The notes: generated from the sequence alone by a model not told the origin. A stretch of 64,000 nt of DNA from Synechococcus sp. (GCA_047285535.1 JBJBDC010000001.1:1632136-1696135); one strand, 5' to 3'; counted from the first letter of the stretch, positions 1-12,300 are shown. Numbers and translations are program-made.

Positions 1-442
1 AGCCTGGTAAGCCCATAACCACAAGCTATGATCATAAAAATAATCATGATGCTATTAGCTGATTGCATTGATGTTTTTTAAGTCTTTCCTCTGTCTAGGC
101 CTTTGAATGATTGATGATCATCCTGAGGGCCTGTCAGTACCGAATCTCATCACAAAATAGGCTTTCTTACCTTGGTCGATCAGGTTTAAGAAGCCTGAGG
201 CAAAGGGTGAAGGGGCCCTGCTTGAGTCGTGTACTCAACTCACTGAAGAGCGAGCCAAGCTTCTCATCATGTGGCAGTCGCAATCTGACTTAGATGGTTC
301 ATGTTTTGCAGAGAAGCGTTTGTAGAGAAGCAACTGGGTAAGAGTTCACTAGTCGCTTATTAAGAGCATTTGCTTGTCCAGAGGAATCAACACAGGCCTA
401 GCAAGCCGGCAAAATTTATTCTGCCGAGGATTGTCTTGTGGC

Positions 443-679
443 TCACCAACCCAGGTCTCGTGAGCTTTTAACTCCTGGCAAGAGGATGGAGCGTTCTCGA
501 CGCACGGTTGCGGGTGAGACTCCAAGGTCAGTCGCAATTTTGGTGATCAGTCCCCGTGGCCAAAGATCAGGATGCTGTTCAGCGGCTTCATAGATGGCCT
601 CATCCAAATCAATTTTGGCGAGGCGCTCACGGCGGATGTGCTCAGCGGTGATGTCGTGGCAAAGAGTTGCTGTGGTCAT
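443..679 (-). CDS. Small helix-turn-helix DNA-binding protein (78 aa), copy 1
   Basis: MTTATL...RGLITKIATDLGVSPATVRRE HTH-like pattern; near-identical copy at 12301-12537. Confidence 0.6.
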   Translation of the reverse strand: MTTATLCHDITAEHIRRERLAKIDLDEAIYEAAEQHPDLWPRGLITKIATDLGVSPATVRRERSILLPGVKSSRDLGW

Positions 680-774
680 GAGTGTCACCGGGTGGGACCT
701 CTTTGGTTTATGCCCGCCGGATGCGATTTGGAAGATGCGACAGCCGGCCTGAGAGGTTCGGTTTTGGGACCTTG
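443..774. repeat. Repeat A copy 1 (332 bp direct repeat of 12301-12632)
   Basis: Near-identical sequence at constant offset 11858. Confidence 0.95.
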
Positions 775-1260
775 TGCTTGATAGGGGGTTGCCGTCGCTG
801 CTTTCAATGGGTCTGTTTCGCAGTGTATGGAACAGTCCTGCTGTCCATTCGCACAGCGGATGGACGGGATCCAACGCCCCACGGCTCTCCCCACCATTGA
901 AGCCGACTGTCTCAGCTTTTCGCTCCTTGTGGAATTCCCGTAGAACTTATGAACGACAAAAGAAAAATCACTAACAGGACTTGAGATCTACTGGCAAGGG
1001 GTCGCCACCCCACAACGCAGAGAATGGCTTCAGGACTTGCAAAAGCTTGCAGGGCAATAAGCTTGAAGATGCTTCCACCCCCACTGTTCGCGAACAGAAA
1101 CGTGATGGCGTTAACTGCGATGGATTGAAAACAAGTGGGTTCTTCAGGTTTCTACTCAATGTGACGCCGGTGCTCAAGGCTTCCTAAGGGTCAGTATCTT
1201 GTTTTTGAGTAATGCTCTTGAGTGATGATTCGATGTGTCTTGAATCGGTCTATGCAGAAA

Positions 1261-1713
1261 ATGATGGCCTTGTTGCCTGTAACCGCACTGCTCTTAATTG
1301 GAGCAGATATGACAACGCCCACGTTTGCAGATGAAGGCACAGATGATGTTCGTTTCGCAATGCCTTCTAAAAATATCTGGTGCATATACAGGCCTAATCT
1401 CCAAGCTACATTTCAAGGTGCAGTGTTTTGTGATGTGATCAATCATGCATGGAGCAATTGGGCACAGGGAGAAAATTGGGGATCATTGGGTCAAAGGTTT
1501 ATGCTTCCACAAGCGGGGCCTGCGGTCGCTGTGAGAAGTTCAGATTCTTTAGAGGGAACATCAGAAACTGTGTTGGAATATGGAAAAAAAATCATCCTGG
1601 GATCTGTGACCTGTCAGTCAGAATCAACAGGACTTACTTGTACCAATAAAAGTGGTGGTTTGTTGCACCTGAATCGTGAGTTTTATCTTCTGAATCAGCC
1701 AGTCACCAAATGA
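1261..1713 (+). CDS. Secreted Cys-containing protein, DUF6636-like
   Basis: Signal peptide, FxxPSKNIWC motif, C-terminal TCxSExxGLTCTN; paralog at 26480-26938; start uncertain. Confidence 0.7.
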   Translation: MMALLPVTALLLIGADMTTPTFADEGTDDVRFAMPSKNIWCIYRPNLQATFQGAVFCDVINHAWSNWAQGENWGSLGQRFMLPQAGPAVAVRSSDSLEGTSETVLEYGKKIILGSVTCQSESTGLTCTNKSGGLLHLNREFYLLNQPVTK

Positions 1714-2029
1714 GAGTTTGTATCAGCAAGGCTCCCGAAATGAAGACTCCAGCTAACCCGCTGATGATAGGGTTTTATAGAGGCTTAGCAGGACTCCCAG
1801 TGCTGGATTTACATTGATGTCAGCGACTTCTTTAGCACGAGTTCTTAACAGCACCGACCGGTTCGATTTTCGGTAGTTCCACGTGCTACTAAAAGGCCCT
1901 AGATCAAAGGAGTTCCTGCGCAGGTATCTGATGACTGCTCAAACGGAATGAGGTCAGGACGCTATGAAGATGGCATTGAACCTTCTTCAGTGAGCAGAAG
2001 ATCCGACCAACCTTTGCAGGCATGGCAAA

Positions 2030-2470
2030 GACTTAGGTATTCCAAATCATTACGAGCTGAAGCTGAAGACTAACAACAGGCTTTTGGATCATCTAAAGCT
2101 TCAAGCTCTGATTGCTAAGAGATTTGACATCTCATGGTCATCACTCTCATCAGATTGCGCTGAGGATTCTCTCCTTAACAGGATAAGGATTTGCCATGAT
2201 GTTCACCATGTGATTCTTGGTGTTCCGATTACGGTGGCTTGGGAGACTGCTTCTCTGCTTACTCCGCCTGCAAGTATCGTGGGACTGTCTAGAGGTCCTC
2301 GCTAATGGATGATCGATCGTGTGATGATTCCAGAGGAGCATCGAATCATCTGTGATGCAATCAGTTGTGCTGCAGAGTTGGCTTAGACGGTGCGTTCTTG
2401 GATGCTTGCCGATGGGAAGACGGATGAGAACTCCGTTAGAAAGACTGGTGAGCTGAACTTGGTCTTCATC
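2030..2470 (+). pseudogene. Coq4-family protein remnant
   Basis: RIRICHDVHHVILGVPITVA (HDxxH motif) and RWEDG-like end spread over broken frames. Confidence 0.55.
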
Positions 2471-2539
2471 CTCTCCTGGTTAACTCTCCATTTCAGGATG
2501 AAGTACATCGTTGGGAGACCATTCCATCTTTACTGGTTC

Positions 2540-2740
2540 ACCTAAAGGAAGGATGTGAGTCAAAAGGTCTGCAACAATCCAACGAATCACGCCAATGTCT
2601 ACATCTGCAACTTGAACCAGCATGAGCATTTGCGGCTTGCTGACGGCTGCATCACCATCAATCTTTTCGGTCATCCACGATTGGTCCATCATCAATTACC
2701 TGCAGCAAGACTGGTACGTGCAACTGCAGTTTTTGTTGGC
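2540..2740 (-). pseudogene. Degenerate DUF3104-like gene
   Basis: QVADVDIGVIRWIVADLLTHI aligns with QVADLDSGVIRWINADLVTHI of 11977-12249. Confidence 0.6.
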
Positions 2741-4721
2741 CCCTTTGCTTCATGTCAAAGGAGAGCCTGACTTCAGTCCTAACTCTTGAGTTGGGAGATG
2801 GTGTTTCTATTGAAGGAAATAGTTTGATAGCAACTTCAATCATGTCCAATACCGAACTCGCCCCTGATAAATTCAAAGATATTTAAGGTGGTTTATCGTG
2901 ACTTGTATTGGGCGCATGTAAGCCTGAAAAGAGCAAACAGTTCAGGGAGAGGATTCTGGTTTTTAACCGTAGGAGGCCAAGAAATAGTTGAATTAGCTGA
3001 AAACAGCTTAAAATTCAAAGCTCATGCACTCCAAGAATGTACTCAATATTCTTGTATTATAGGCGGCGGCTCAGTTTAAATCAATGAGAGCCGAGAAAAC
3101 TTAGTTTCCGAGAAGTCTCTTCGAGAATAATGCGCTGGCCTCGCTGCAAAAGCTATTTTCTGGGCAGCGATACATTATCAATTCCACTCAAATATTCTCT
3201 TTACTGCAGAGCAAAATGGCCCAGACGGTAAATCGGCTTGTAGTGACTCTGGATTGGTTGAAGAGAAACGGAGCAAGAGGAAGCAGCCGTTTTGCAAGTC
3301 AGAGAGGCAGGTAAAAGCTCATCTGTTCGAGTGTAAGGAGATGATGCCTGGAGCCGTAACAGGTCAATATCATCAGCGGGCATTGTTACCAACCTCATTT
3401 CTGAAGATCGCATGAATATTTGAATTAGCGATTGATTTTGTATCCATTGATACGAGCAATGATTTAATTGAGTGGCTATTACAGAGAAGTCAACATGCCC
3501 TGTCAACAATGACTGTCCCCTTAGTTGTTTCTAAGCCCCAATCCATTTATCGCCGCTATTGGGCCACTCAATCCAAGAAGAGTTTGTAGAGATCAATCCA
3601 GATTCCCAACGGTCATTCTGAATCCAGAATTCTATTGTAGGCCTTGCCGGCTCTACAAACTGCATTGCGGATCAGCTTATGAAGCTTCTGCTTGTTAGGC
3701 CAGATTGCATCATCCGATCGTTGTTCTACTATCCTCATATCATTCATTTTCCACCTTTAGCGAAGGAATGATACTCTTTATCTAAGACTGAACCTTGTCA
3801 ACAGAGTCAATCCACGCAAAGTTATATTTTTGTTGTGTAGACCTTAATGAGGCAAGACGTAAAAATAACTTTTGAATAGGTTCCTTCCGCCATCCCAGTG
3901 GCCACCAACTAAAACATTATGGTTCCATCTCTTAGTCTCAAGCATGCATTGAATCTGCATGATGCGCAGAACATTAATCTTGAGTCTAGCCTTACTACTC
4001 ATTGACACGGGAAAATTCGGCTTGGGATGGACGTCCATATCGTCGAGGCGATAATTAGAACTGGAGAGGAAACCCGCAATCCAAGTAAGGCCGAACAGAA
4101 TCAATTGAATAGGCTTCAAACATTAATTCAACGGCTGAGTATAAATGTTCATGGAGTATTAGGGCAACGCATCAATAGCTAGAGAGAGGTTGACTTTATC
4201 TAGCCATGAAATAGAGGCTCAAGGGCAATGTATCGATATGTCTACCATGTCTTTAGGTTATATCGCGATGAGTGTACTTTCACTGGGTTTGGTCAACCTC
4301 TAGCGTACGGTCAAAATCAAAAGTACCCCTTTAGAGTGTCTATATAATGCTCTTTTTCAATGGAGAATGCCAAATCAATAGCTTTTTTGGCTAGTCAGTT
4401 TGGTCGATCACCTAGCCACAATATCGTGTCAGCACAGTCCAAACAGAGCAATTAATTTGTGCTGTTGGCATATCATTATTCGATGCTACTTTTTAGGAGT
4501 GAGGGGAAATAGGTGCCCGAGAGATCATTCCCCTAGATGCAATTACGCAAGTGGAAAGTGATTTCATCTATAAAAACCACTCGCAGATCACATGTTAAGG
4601 ATTTTTTTGGATAATCGCAACTACTTTCTCCGTCAAACTGCATTCAATCTAACATTACCCACATACAAAATTTGACTTCTCTAGAGCGTAACTAGAGATC
4701 ACTTTGACTCGCTTCGACCAC

Positions 4722-4937
4722 CTAGTTTGCTGGTCCAAATTGAGAAAGTACCCACTCCCGCATCTTTTCCTTGGTCGCATCATCACCCCAGAGATCATTG
4801 GCATAGTGATTCCATATAAAGTCAAACTGCTCATTGACTTCCTTCTCGCTGCCGCAATTCCACTCGTCATAGAAATCATAATAAACAGGATGATCAATAA
4901 TGGTTGCATTAAAATCGGTTTTCGTTGTCATTTCCAC
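4722..4937 (-). CDS. Hypothetical acidic protein (71 aa)
   Basis: Protein-like composition rich in D/E/W/Y; no family recognised. Confidence 0.45.
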   Translation of the reverse strand: MEMTTKTDFNATIIDHPVYYDFYDEWNCGSEKEVNEQFDFIWNHYANDLWGDDATKEKMREWVLSQFGPAN

Positions 4938-6470
4938 CCTTAATAGTGATGATACTCATCATAGCAAGTATGCAAAACAGCAGAAGTCAATCATGACAGA
5001 AGAATCATTCTTCTTTGACTTTGTCTTTTTATAAGTGACCTCGAAGCTTCTGAACAGTGGTTTCATGCTTCATCTCTTCCGATGGAGATGGATGTTATTG
5101 ATTTTTATCAAGGCAACAGTCATATCGCTTGAGAAGTTCAAACATTGGAACGTATTGTCTGTGGAGTAATTTCTGAGCAATTGAAACTTTCTTTTATCCA
5201 TGAGATACGCAATGACCTGGTTTTGCGATCTATTGTCAACTCTTTAGTGAAGGTCTTAACCTCTTTCGATTCGCTGTTGTCTTGATTGAGATTTAAATGT
5301 TGATGTGAGACGCCAGTTTCGCTTGATGCAAGAAAGAATTGCCAAAGGCATATCAAATCGACTGCTATGCTCGATTAGCTAGCGTTTTGGATTGCTTTCA
5401 CCGCTGTTAATGACCACTGATATATTCTTGATTTCAGCAATGTCTGAGCGATGTGCTAATTCTAGTGAATGATTAGGCTTCAATAGGGGGGGATTCTCAA
5501 GGTGTCTCCGTTCCGTTTATTATGCGTCATATGGTTCAGAGAAAGTGAAAGTAATTTTCGAGTAATACAGCTTCGATTCCTTTGTTAAGAAAGACAAAGC
5601 TTTATCCTGACAAATTTTCAAAATAATCAATTGTTAAGCATCACAGTCTCTCTGCCTGTTCTTTTTCCTTGAATAGTGTAAAGCCTTGAGCTCGATTCAC
5701 GGAGATTTCTAAGTCCTGACATGGGCCAATTGAATATGACCAAGATGCGCAGCTACCCCTCTTTGATCTCTATGAGCATTTTGCCACCATCGCCCTTGGG
5801 GGATACCAAGGATAGAAGCATTAACCCAGCCAGAGCCAAGAATTCATATGGACGTTAACTGGTTTGATAACTATTAAACTCATTCCTATTCGAAGCTTGT
5901 AAGCAAAAATCCGGATCATTTACTTTTTATTTTCACAAAAAACTGGCCGAGATTCTTCGTTGATGAAGGCTAGATTTGATGCGTTGTTTATTCATGCAGT
6001 AATTGTTTTCAGTCTCAACATTTTCAAGGGCTCATCTATGGTAAATGCCAGCCAGGCTTCCCCAATATCTCGTGATATATCGATGAGTGCAATGATATCT
6101 GCATCTGGGTAGAGTGGTGATTATTCACTCAATGTGTTGGCGCTGCCAGCTCACGCGTAAGTTGATTAGCAACCTTGATAATCACCATAGCTCGTTATTA
6201 ACTGCACATGATATCTTCTATATCCACACATTGGATGTTCTCACTTACAAGGATACTAGCCGGATTCAATCACTGATGTTTGAGCGCAAGACTTAAATTT
6301 CTAATGTGGTGAATGATCGAAAATGCCTCTTGTTTTTGACTAAAAGAATAGAATCATTGATCTCTGATGTATAGGTTTCATTGGTTCTCCTGATAGGGCA
6401 ATCCTGGCCTGGACGAAACTGGAAACAGATAACGTCTAGAAGTTTCGGTCTTTGCATAAAAGATGTCAAA

Positions 6471-6600
6471 GCCCCTCAACCCCTCGCGGGCTTCTCAATC
6501 GCGAGGGGTTGATCGGTTGTGGGACCGTTGACCCCGTCCAAGAGTCACCCGACTATCTTCCCGGCAAGCCTCGTCACCGTTCGTGAGAAAAGCTCTCAAT
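6471..6600 (-). ncRNA. Candidate structured RNA (possibly manA-like motif)
   Basis: GC-rich multi-stem stretch in AT-rich intergenic DNA: TGACTC/GGGTCA stem and a long TCAACCCCTCGCG/CGCGAGGGGTTGA hairpin; family match from memory only. Confidence 0.4.
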
Positions 6601-6720
6601 AGCTGTAATGAATGAACGTGCCTCATGAAAAAAGGCAATCCGTCTCGTCTTCATTGACTTGATCTCAAGCCGTAAGGGCATCTGAAAGCTGAAGCCGATG
6701 GCCATGGTTTGGCTCAAGCC

Positions 6721-6790
6721 ATAAAAAAAGAAGGCGAGGAAGCCTTCTTTGGGGGTGTGAGGAGCCAAACCTTGTGAGGAGTTGGCTGTC
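6721..6790 (-). ncRNA. Yfr1/Yfr10-like sRNA
   Basis: Minus strand reads AGCCAACTCCTCACAAGGTTTGGCTCCTCACAC, then a terminator hairpin (AAAGAAGGC/GCCTTCTTT) with T-run; fits the Yfr1 layout with its ACUCCUCACAC motif. Confidence 0.7.
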
Positions 6791-6872
6791 TCTATCTTCA
6801 TGACGCTGTTCCGATCAGTCAAGTAACTGATCCGCTGAGACTTGCCAGGAGCCATTCATGAGCCATGATTAA

Positions 6873-6962
6873 GGGGTGAGGAGGGCTTCTTCTCGGAGTG
6901 GAAACAAGGCAACACGCCCAAAGAGAAGCCGAGAAACCCTGCCTTTGGCGGGGTTTTCTTTT
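6873..6962 (+). ncRNA. Yfr2-family sRNA
   Basis: 5' GGGGTGAGGAG, stem GGCTTCT...AGAAGCC enclosing GGAAACAAGGCAACA, then a terminator; CATGAT -10-like box at 6864-6869. Confidence 0.75.
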
Positions 6963-7255
6963 GGTTAGTCAATCCCGGTGTCTCGAGACAACAGCCAGAC
7001 CGATAGCGACTCGCTTGGCTGAGAAGCTTGTTTTTTCAACTCAATAACTTTGCAGTATTTTCATTCTTTGGTTGGATTGAAAACAGCTGCGCTGGCCTTT
7101 CTCCTTGGGTGCCTAGTGTACAAATGCATCAATTCGAATTTGCATTTGCAGTGATGTGATTACGGTGAGTTTTCAGGCAGCTTCTCCTAAAAGCAGCTTA
7201 TCGACCTAATCTTAATAAAATTTACATCTTAATCATCCAGTGCACGAAATCATTG

Positions 7256-7840
7256 CTAAGGAAGTAATGGTGAGGGATCAATCGCGACGATTTGCCCTTC
7301 TCTCATTCGACGAAGCTCAAAATGCAAGTGTGCTGTACTTGTGCTTCCACTCTTCCCTACACGGCCTATAGGATAAGCCTTGGTAACTAATTGCCCTAAT
7401 CTGACTTGTGAACTAAGCAAATGTGCATAGAGAGTTTGCCAACCATTCCCGTGGTCTAGCAATACTGTTAAGCCATATCCATTAATGGGTTGCACCATTG
7501 ATACCTTTCCTGCAAGTGCGGCGAGCACAGGAGTTCCTGTTGGCGCGATAAGATCGTAACCAGCATGAATTCGCCATTTATTGTTTTGTTCTGAGAAGCG
7601 CCAGCCGAATGGGCTCACTTCTCGGGCAATGTAAGGGAGTGGATACTTGAGCTGAATTGCTTCTCCGGTCTGCAAAGGCCACATCCGTTTAGGCAAGGGG
7701 TTGGTAGCGGGTGCTAAAAGCGCAACATTAGATACCTGTACAAATTTTGGATTGACGGTGGGCCGCTGTGGCCTTGCAGTGCCATAGGGGCAGCAAACCA
7801 TGGCGAGCAGGAATAGCGCTGGTAATTTCCGATGCATCAC
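7256..7840 (-). CDS. M23 family metallopeptidase
   Basis: SPFGWR, HAGYD, YAHL and HLHFE motifs; N-terminal signal. Confidence 0.9.
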   Translation of the reverse strand: MMHRKLPALFLLAMVCCPYGTARPQRPTVNPKFVQVSNVALLAPATNPLPKRMWPLQTGEAIQLKYPLPYIAREVSPFGWRFSEQNNKWRIHAGYDLIAPTGTPVLAALAGKVSMVQPINGYGLTVLLDHGNGWQTLYAHLLSSQVRLGQLVTKAYPIGRVGKSGSTSTAHLHFELRRMREGQIVAIDPSPLLP

Positions 7841-9072
7841 AACCGTGCAACGAAGTATTTATAACCTGTTGATGATGCAATGCAAGGTCGATGATTTTGA
7901 GTTGAGTTCGCTACAGAGATTTACTCTTTGAAGTGCATGAATGATTCTCTTGATTGGATCGGTTAAACTTGGATTGATAAGCCCTAGGGGTCATTATGAT
8001 CTTAGGTTTATCAAAGAAGAGTCTGGATGTACATGGCACTATCTAGGATCCGTGCAGATAGTCTTGCGTCTAGGACAAGTAGTCGTTAGAAGTTGATTGG
8101 ATGGCAGAAGTTGCACAAACCCTTGAATCCTGAAGACCAGATGATTGATATGACAGCGATTATTGAAGCTCACCCACTCTTCGACGAAGAAGATCTGCAT
8201 GGAGAGTGCAAAAGGCTTGAATATTACAAATAATCTAGCAAACTTGTTTGGAATGCAATGAAAGACCATGTTCAGAAGATGAACATTAGACCAGAAGAAT
8301 AGGCAAGTAGAAACAAATGGATTTACGGAAAAGAGAAGCCTCAGAGAGTAATTTTCGGAAAACTTTATGGGCCTCATGACCACGATAAATAGAATATCAG
8401 CAATTGTTAAAGTCAGCACACCTGTGCCTTGGGCATGATTAAATCGTACAGTGAAAAAGTGTTGAGGATTTGCTCATAGTCTCCTCTTGTGCTTCTGCAA
8501 GGCCTTGCCGACTAGGCTTCTGACTGCCTTAATGAGGCGATAAGCGTGGTGGTGATCTCGTTTGCAATAGTAGAAGCTCAACCTTTGGCGACGTCAGCTG
8601 TTGGTTTAGATTCGTCCTCGATAGTTGGCTGATGACCTTTTTGATTTTGATTCTAAATAGATAGATTTTGTCCAAAATCAGTATCCTTTAATTCATTGGG
8701 AGAGAGCTCATGGCTCTGAGAATCCTTACACCTCCAGTGGGTCAAAAACATCTAAAAGCTCGAACTTATGAAAGAGAACAAAACCAATTGATAATTGAGA
8801 GGTCACGCTATAATTCCGCAATGGAGAATCATTGTGCGCCTAGTGTTCCGCCTAAGTATTTCATAAATTTTGCGCTTCCTTTCAACACTAAACAATACTG
8901 GAGAGACTACCTATTGCCATAGTCTATTCTTAGCAGATTTTCTCAATCGACTATCAATGTCAAGGTTGACTTGAATTTTTCTGCGTCAGTCCATCGCATT
9001 ATATTCAGCATGATCGCTTAAGACCGAATAAACCATTTATTAGTAATGATATAATTGGTTCATTTCATGCAA

Positions 9073-9300
9073 CTAGAGGTTGAATTCTAATTGTGATGGT
9101 AGCTCTTCCATTGCCATTGCCTTGGCAAGATTAGATCTTACTCCTTTAAAGTAAGACTCAATGGCCCAGTCCATAGCTTCACCATTCCTTGCATAAGGGT
9201 TCTTCACTGTAAACTCCTCCCTCAGTCGTAAAATTTCATCGTATTGATTTTGAGCTTCTTCTGGGCTAACAGGGGCTTCAAAGGGGCTTTGAGAAGTCAT
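9073..9300 (-). CDS. Hypothetical protein
   Basis: ORF from MTSQSPF to QLEFNL; no family recognised. Confidence 0.45.
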   Translation of the reverse strand: MTSQSPFEAPVSPEEAQNQYDEILRLREEFTVKNPYARNGEAMDWAIESYFKGVRSNLAKAMAMEELPSQLEFNL

Positions 9301-10307
9301 TTGATAGGGCTCGTTTAGTGTATGAATCAAGCATTGCCTAGTTCTCTCTGGTTTAAATGAGTAATCCATGAGTCTCCTACATGACTTCCTTTAGACGCCG
9401 TTAATTACGTTTTAAAATCATGCTAGATGCTTTGTCAGAAGCAGAGTGCAGAACGAATCTCGGTGACATTGAAGCGCAATAACGGGAGGATTTCATAGAG
9501 AGAAAACTACAAAAATCACCGGATCCGGAAAAATCGGACGCAACATTGAAAGAGACTCTACCCGCATCTATCTGGCTCATGCCTTAAAAAATCAAGCAAA
9601 AAGATTTCTCGTGGATGATTGAGTGATTTTTAAGATGTGATATGGTTTCAGTTACAAGAAGGTAATTTTTGACACGCTATTTATTGTTCTTTGACCCACT
9701 CTTCTCGTTCGGTTAGTCATATTTTAAACTTTACCTCCAACCTTTTTCTTTCATGGGTTAGTGCTGAGCATTTGCGATGCTGTCCCTTATGATGTCCACA
9801 TGCAGTGGATCACAGCCCTTGATTGAGCTGCTTGAGCTCCAGCGACCTGGATGAACCTCGGTCGAATTTATTTACAGAGATATTGATACTTTTTGCTGTC
9901 GCTGCACCAGTCTTGCTTGCCTCCTGCTACGACTCATACTTGCGGAACGAACACAGGCGATAAGATCAGGCTGGATTGTATCGAGATCCCCGAATAGCTA
10001 AACCGTAATTCCTTTTAAGGATTTATTGTATTGCTTCGTGATTGGTTTCCATAGTAGCCAATCACGCCAGAGTAGCTTCATGAAAAGCTAGCTTTTCAAA
10101 TGCAAACCATTCCTGTACACCGAGCAATAATTGAAAAATTAATATCGCTTTATTCCTCATGCTTCTCAGGCCAAACTGCTCAAGCTAGATACTTCTCTCA
10201 GTCAAGATCATTGCGTAAGGACAATCGAATGCCGACTGCGCTAATCAGATATCAAAAGCCAATTGACTCGATGCTGCTTAGGATTGGATAGTTATTGATG
10301 GCATAAA

Positions 10308-11081
10308 ATGATAGCTTTTGCGAGTGAACGTGTTGCACTAGTTACTGGAGCTAGTAGCGGAATCGGCAAAGCAACAGCTATCGCTTTCTCGAGAAAAGGA
10401 ATCAATGTTGTATTGGCTGCACGTAGGCAAGAGGAGATCACAGCACTAGCCAATGATCTTCAAGCGCTTGGAGGCAAGGCAACAACTATCAAAACGGATA
10501 TTTCTAACGAAAACGATGTCGAGCGCATGGTTGATCATGCGATTAAGACATACGGACGGCTGGATTTTGCGGTGAATAATGCAGGCATTGAAGGTCATTT
10601 TACGAGAATCGTTGATCTTGATGAGGACGATTGGGATCAAGTTCTTTCCACGAACCTTAAAGGTACATTTCTCTGTCTCAAGCACGAAGCCAGAGCAATG
10701 CTGAACCTAGGACGTGGAGGATCCCTTGTTAATGTTGGATCATTTAATTCCTTTCTAGGCTTCGCCACCGGTTCCGCCTATGTGGCATCAAAACATGGCT
10801 TGGTTGGTCTGACGTCTAGTGTTTCGGCGGAATTAGCACCTCAAGGAATCAGAGTCAATTTAGTCTGTCCTGGAATTGTCAACACCCCGATGCACCAGCG
10901 AGCACGTGACCTTCTTGGGGATGAGTTATATAACAATGCACTTTCGCAAAGCGTTCATCTTCGGCGAGCGGGTCAACCAGAAGAGATCGCTCAAACCATT
11001 CTTTTTCTCTGCTCCAACGAAGCCAGTTATATCACTGGCTCTACAATCACTCCCGATGGAGGATTCACATTAACGACATAA
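10308..11081 (+). CDS. SDR family NAD(P)-dependent oxidoreductase
   Basis: TGASSGIG, NNAG, YVASK and PG motifs. Confidence 0.95.
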   Translation: MIAFASERVALVTGASSGIGKATAIAFSRKGINVVLAARRQEEITALANDLQALGGKATTIKTDISNENDVERMVDHAIKTYGRLDFAVNNAGIEGHFTRIVDLDEDDWDQVLSTNLKGTFLCLKHEARAMLNLGRGGSLVNVGSFNSFLGFATGSAYVASKHGLVGLTSSVSAELAPQGIRVNLVCPGIVNTPMHQRARDLLGDELYNNALSQSVHLRRAGQPEEIAQTILFLCSNEASYITGSTITPDGGFTLTT

Positions 11082-11379
11082 ATTTGCTTTCACTGAACAA
11101 TCAATGTTGCGAGAAGTTGTGAATTAGGCTCTAGTCTGTGATCATTGAGACAGGTTTTAAGAACACGCGAAGCCAGTCTGTCAGCAGTTCATAAACAACA
11201 GGTCTCGAAGTTGTATTAGTGAAAATTGAGTCGATGTTTTGATCACGGCGATCCTAGGATCTAATCCCTTCAACAGGCACTGATCGTCAACCGAAGCGAG
11301 GACATAGATGGCAAACCAATTGGAATAGCCTTTACGTTGATGGATGTGTTGCAATGGAGATGTCATTGTCCTCTCCCCT

Positions 11380-11745
11380 ATGACTTCCTTACAGCGTTTG
11401 TTTCGTGAATTCACCGACTTCTTCTTCATGAAGGGAAACGCTTTGAATTTGGCGATTGCCGTTGTGGTAGGGACGCAGTTTCAACAAATCGTGGATGCTT
11501 TGACTAAGGATTTACTTATGCCGCTCATTAATCCATTTATTCAAAATGGTGGATGGCAGAAGTGGGTTATTCCTTATGGCGGGGGAAATCTGCTTATTGG
11601 TGATGCTTTGAATGTTCTACTTAACTCCTTGATAGTAGGTTGGGTTCTCTTTTTAATCGTAAAAACGATCAACCGATCTCAAAGAATTGCTTCTAGCGGG
11701 ATTGATCGTGTTCGTGGTCATAAGCCTGCGGAGGGTGACGCCTAG
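11380..11745 (+). CDS. mscL: MscL-family mechanosensitive channel
   Basis: EFTDFFFMKGNALNLAIAVVVG...DLLMPLI signature. Confidence 0.85.
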   Translation: MTSLQRLFREFTDFFFMKGNALNLAIAVVVGTQFQQIVDALTKDLLMPLINPFIQNGGWQKWVIPYGGGNLLIGDALNVLLNSLIVGWVLFLIVKTINRSQRIASSGIDRVRGHKPAEGDA

Positions 11746-11976
11746 TCAGCCCTTGCTACGGGCAAGTTGTCTTGTGATTCTCTGGCTATCGTCTACGGCG
11801 GAGGAGTAATACCAAACCGATTTCGAGTGAATCGTGTTGCAATTAGCGGAGGGAATGGAAGAGTTTGGAGGATGGGCATTCGCTGCTTTGCGAATGCCCC
11901 TAACCAATTTCCAGTGCAAACCCTGGCGGGGTCGAGCAAACCATAGAGGACTGATGACTCGATGCGCATCCGCCCC

Positions 11977-12249
11977 CTAATCCCTCGGGACGATATGAGT
12001 CACCAGGTCTGCATTAATCCAACGGATCACGCCACTATCTAGATCGGCAACTTGAAACAGCGTTGGAACCTTGGGGTTTCTTGCACCTCCATCAACGTGG
12101 ATCACATCAGCCATCCACCATTGGTCGTCCATGAATGGCTGGCCCACGGCTGGGAGGTGCTGGACGATCACTGTCATTCCTGCCTTTACAGACAGGAACA
12201 GCGGATCGCTTGGTTTGATCGGGATTGCTGCGGAACGGTCAATGGACAA
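11977..12249 (-). CDS. DUF3104-like protein
   Basis: PLFLSVKAGMTVIV...WWMADVI...GGARNP...FQVADLDSGVIRWINAD. Confidence 0.8.
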   Translation of the reverse strand: MSIDRSAAIPIKPSDPLFLSVKAGMTVIVQHLPAVGQPFMDDQWWMADVIHVDGGARNPKVPTLFQVADLDSGVIRWINADLVTHIVPRD

Positions 12250-12300
12250 CGTTTTGACTCCCAGAACATCTGTATTAGCAGAGGTGTGCTGTGTTGTGGG

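Noticed and set aside
1853..1882. ACCGGTTCGATTTTCGGTAGTTCCA as another tRNA/tmRNA att scar
   Set aside because: T-loop-like but too short and mismatched to assign.
2900..6400. Short ORFs in the AT-rich stretch
   Set aside because: Apart from 4722-4937 they lack motifs or protein-like character; probably decayed DNA.
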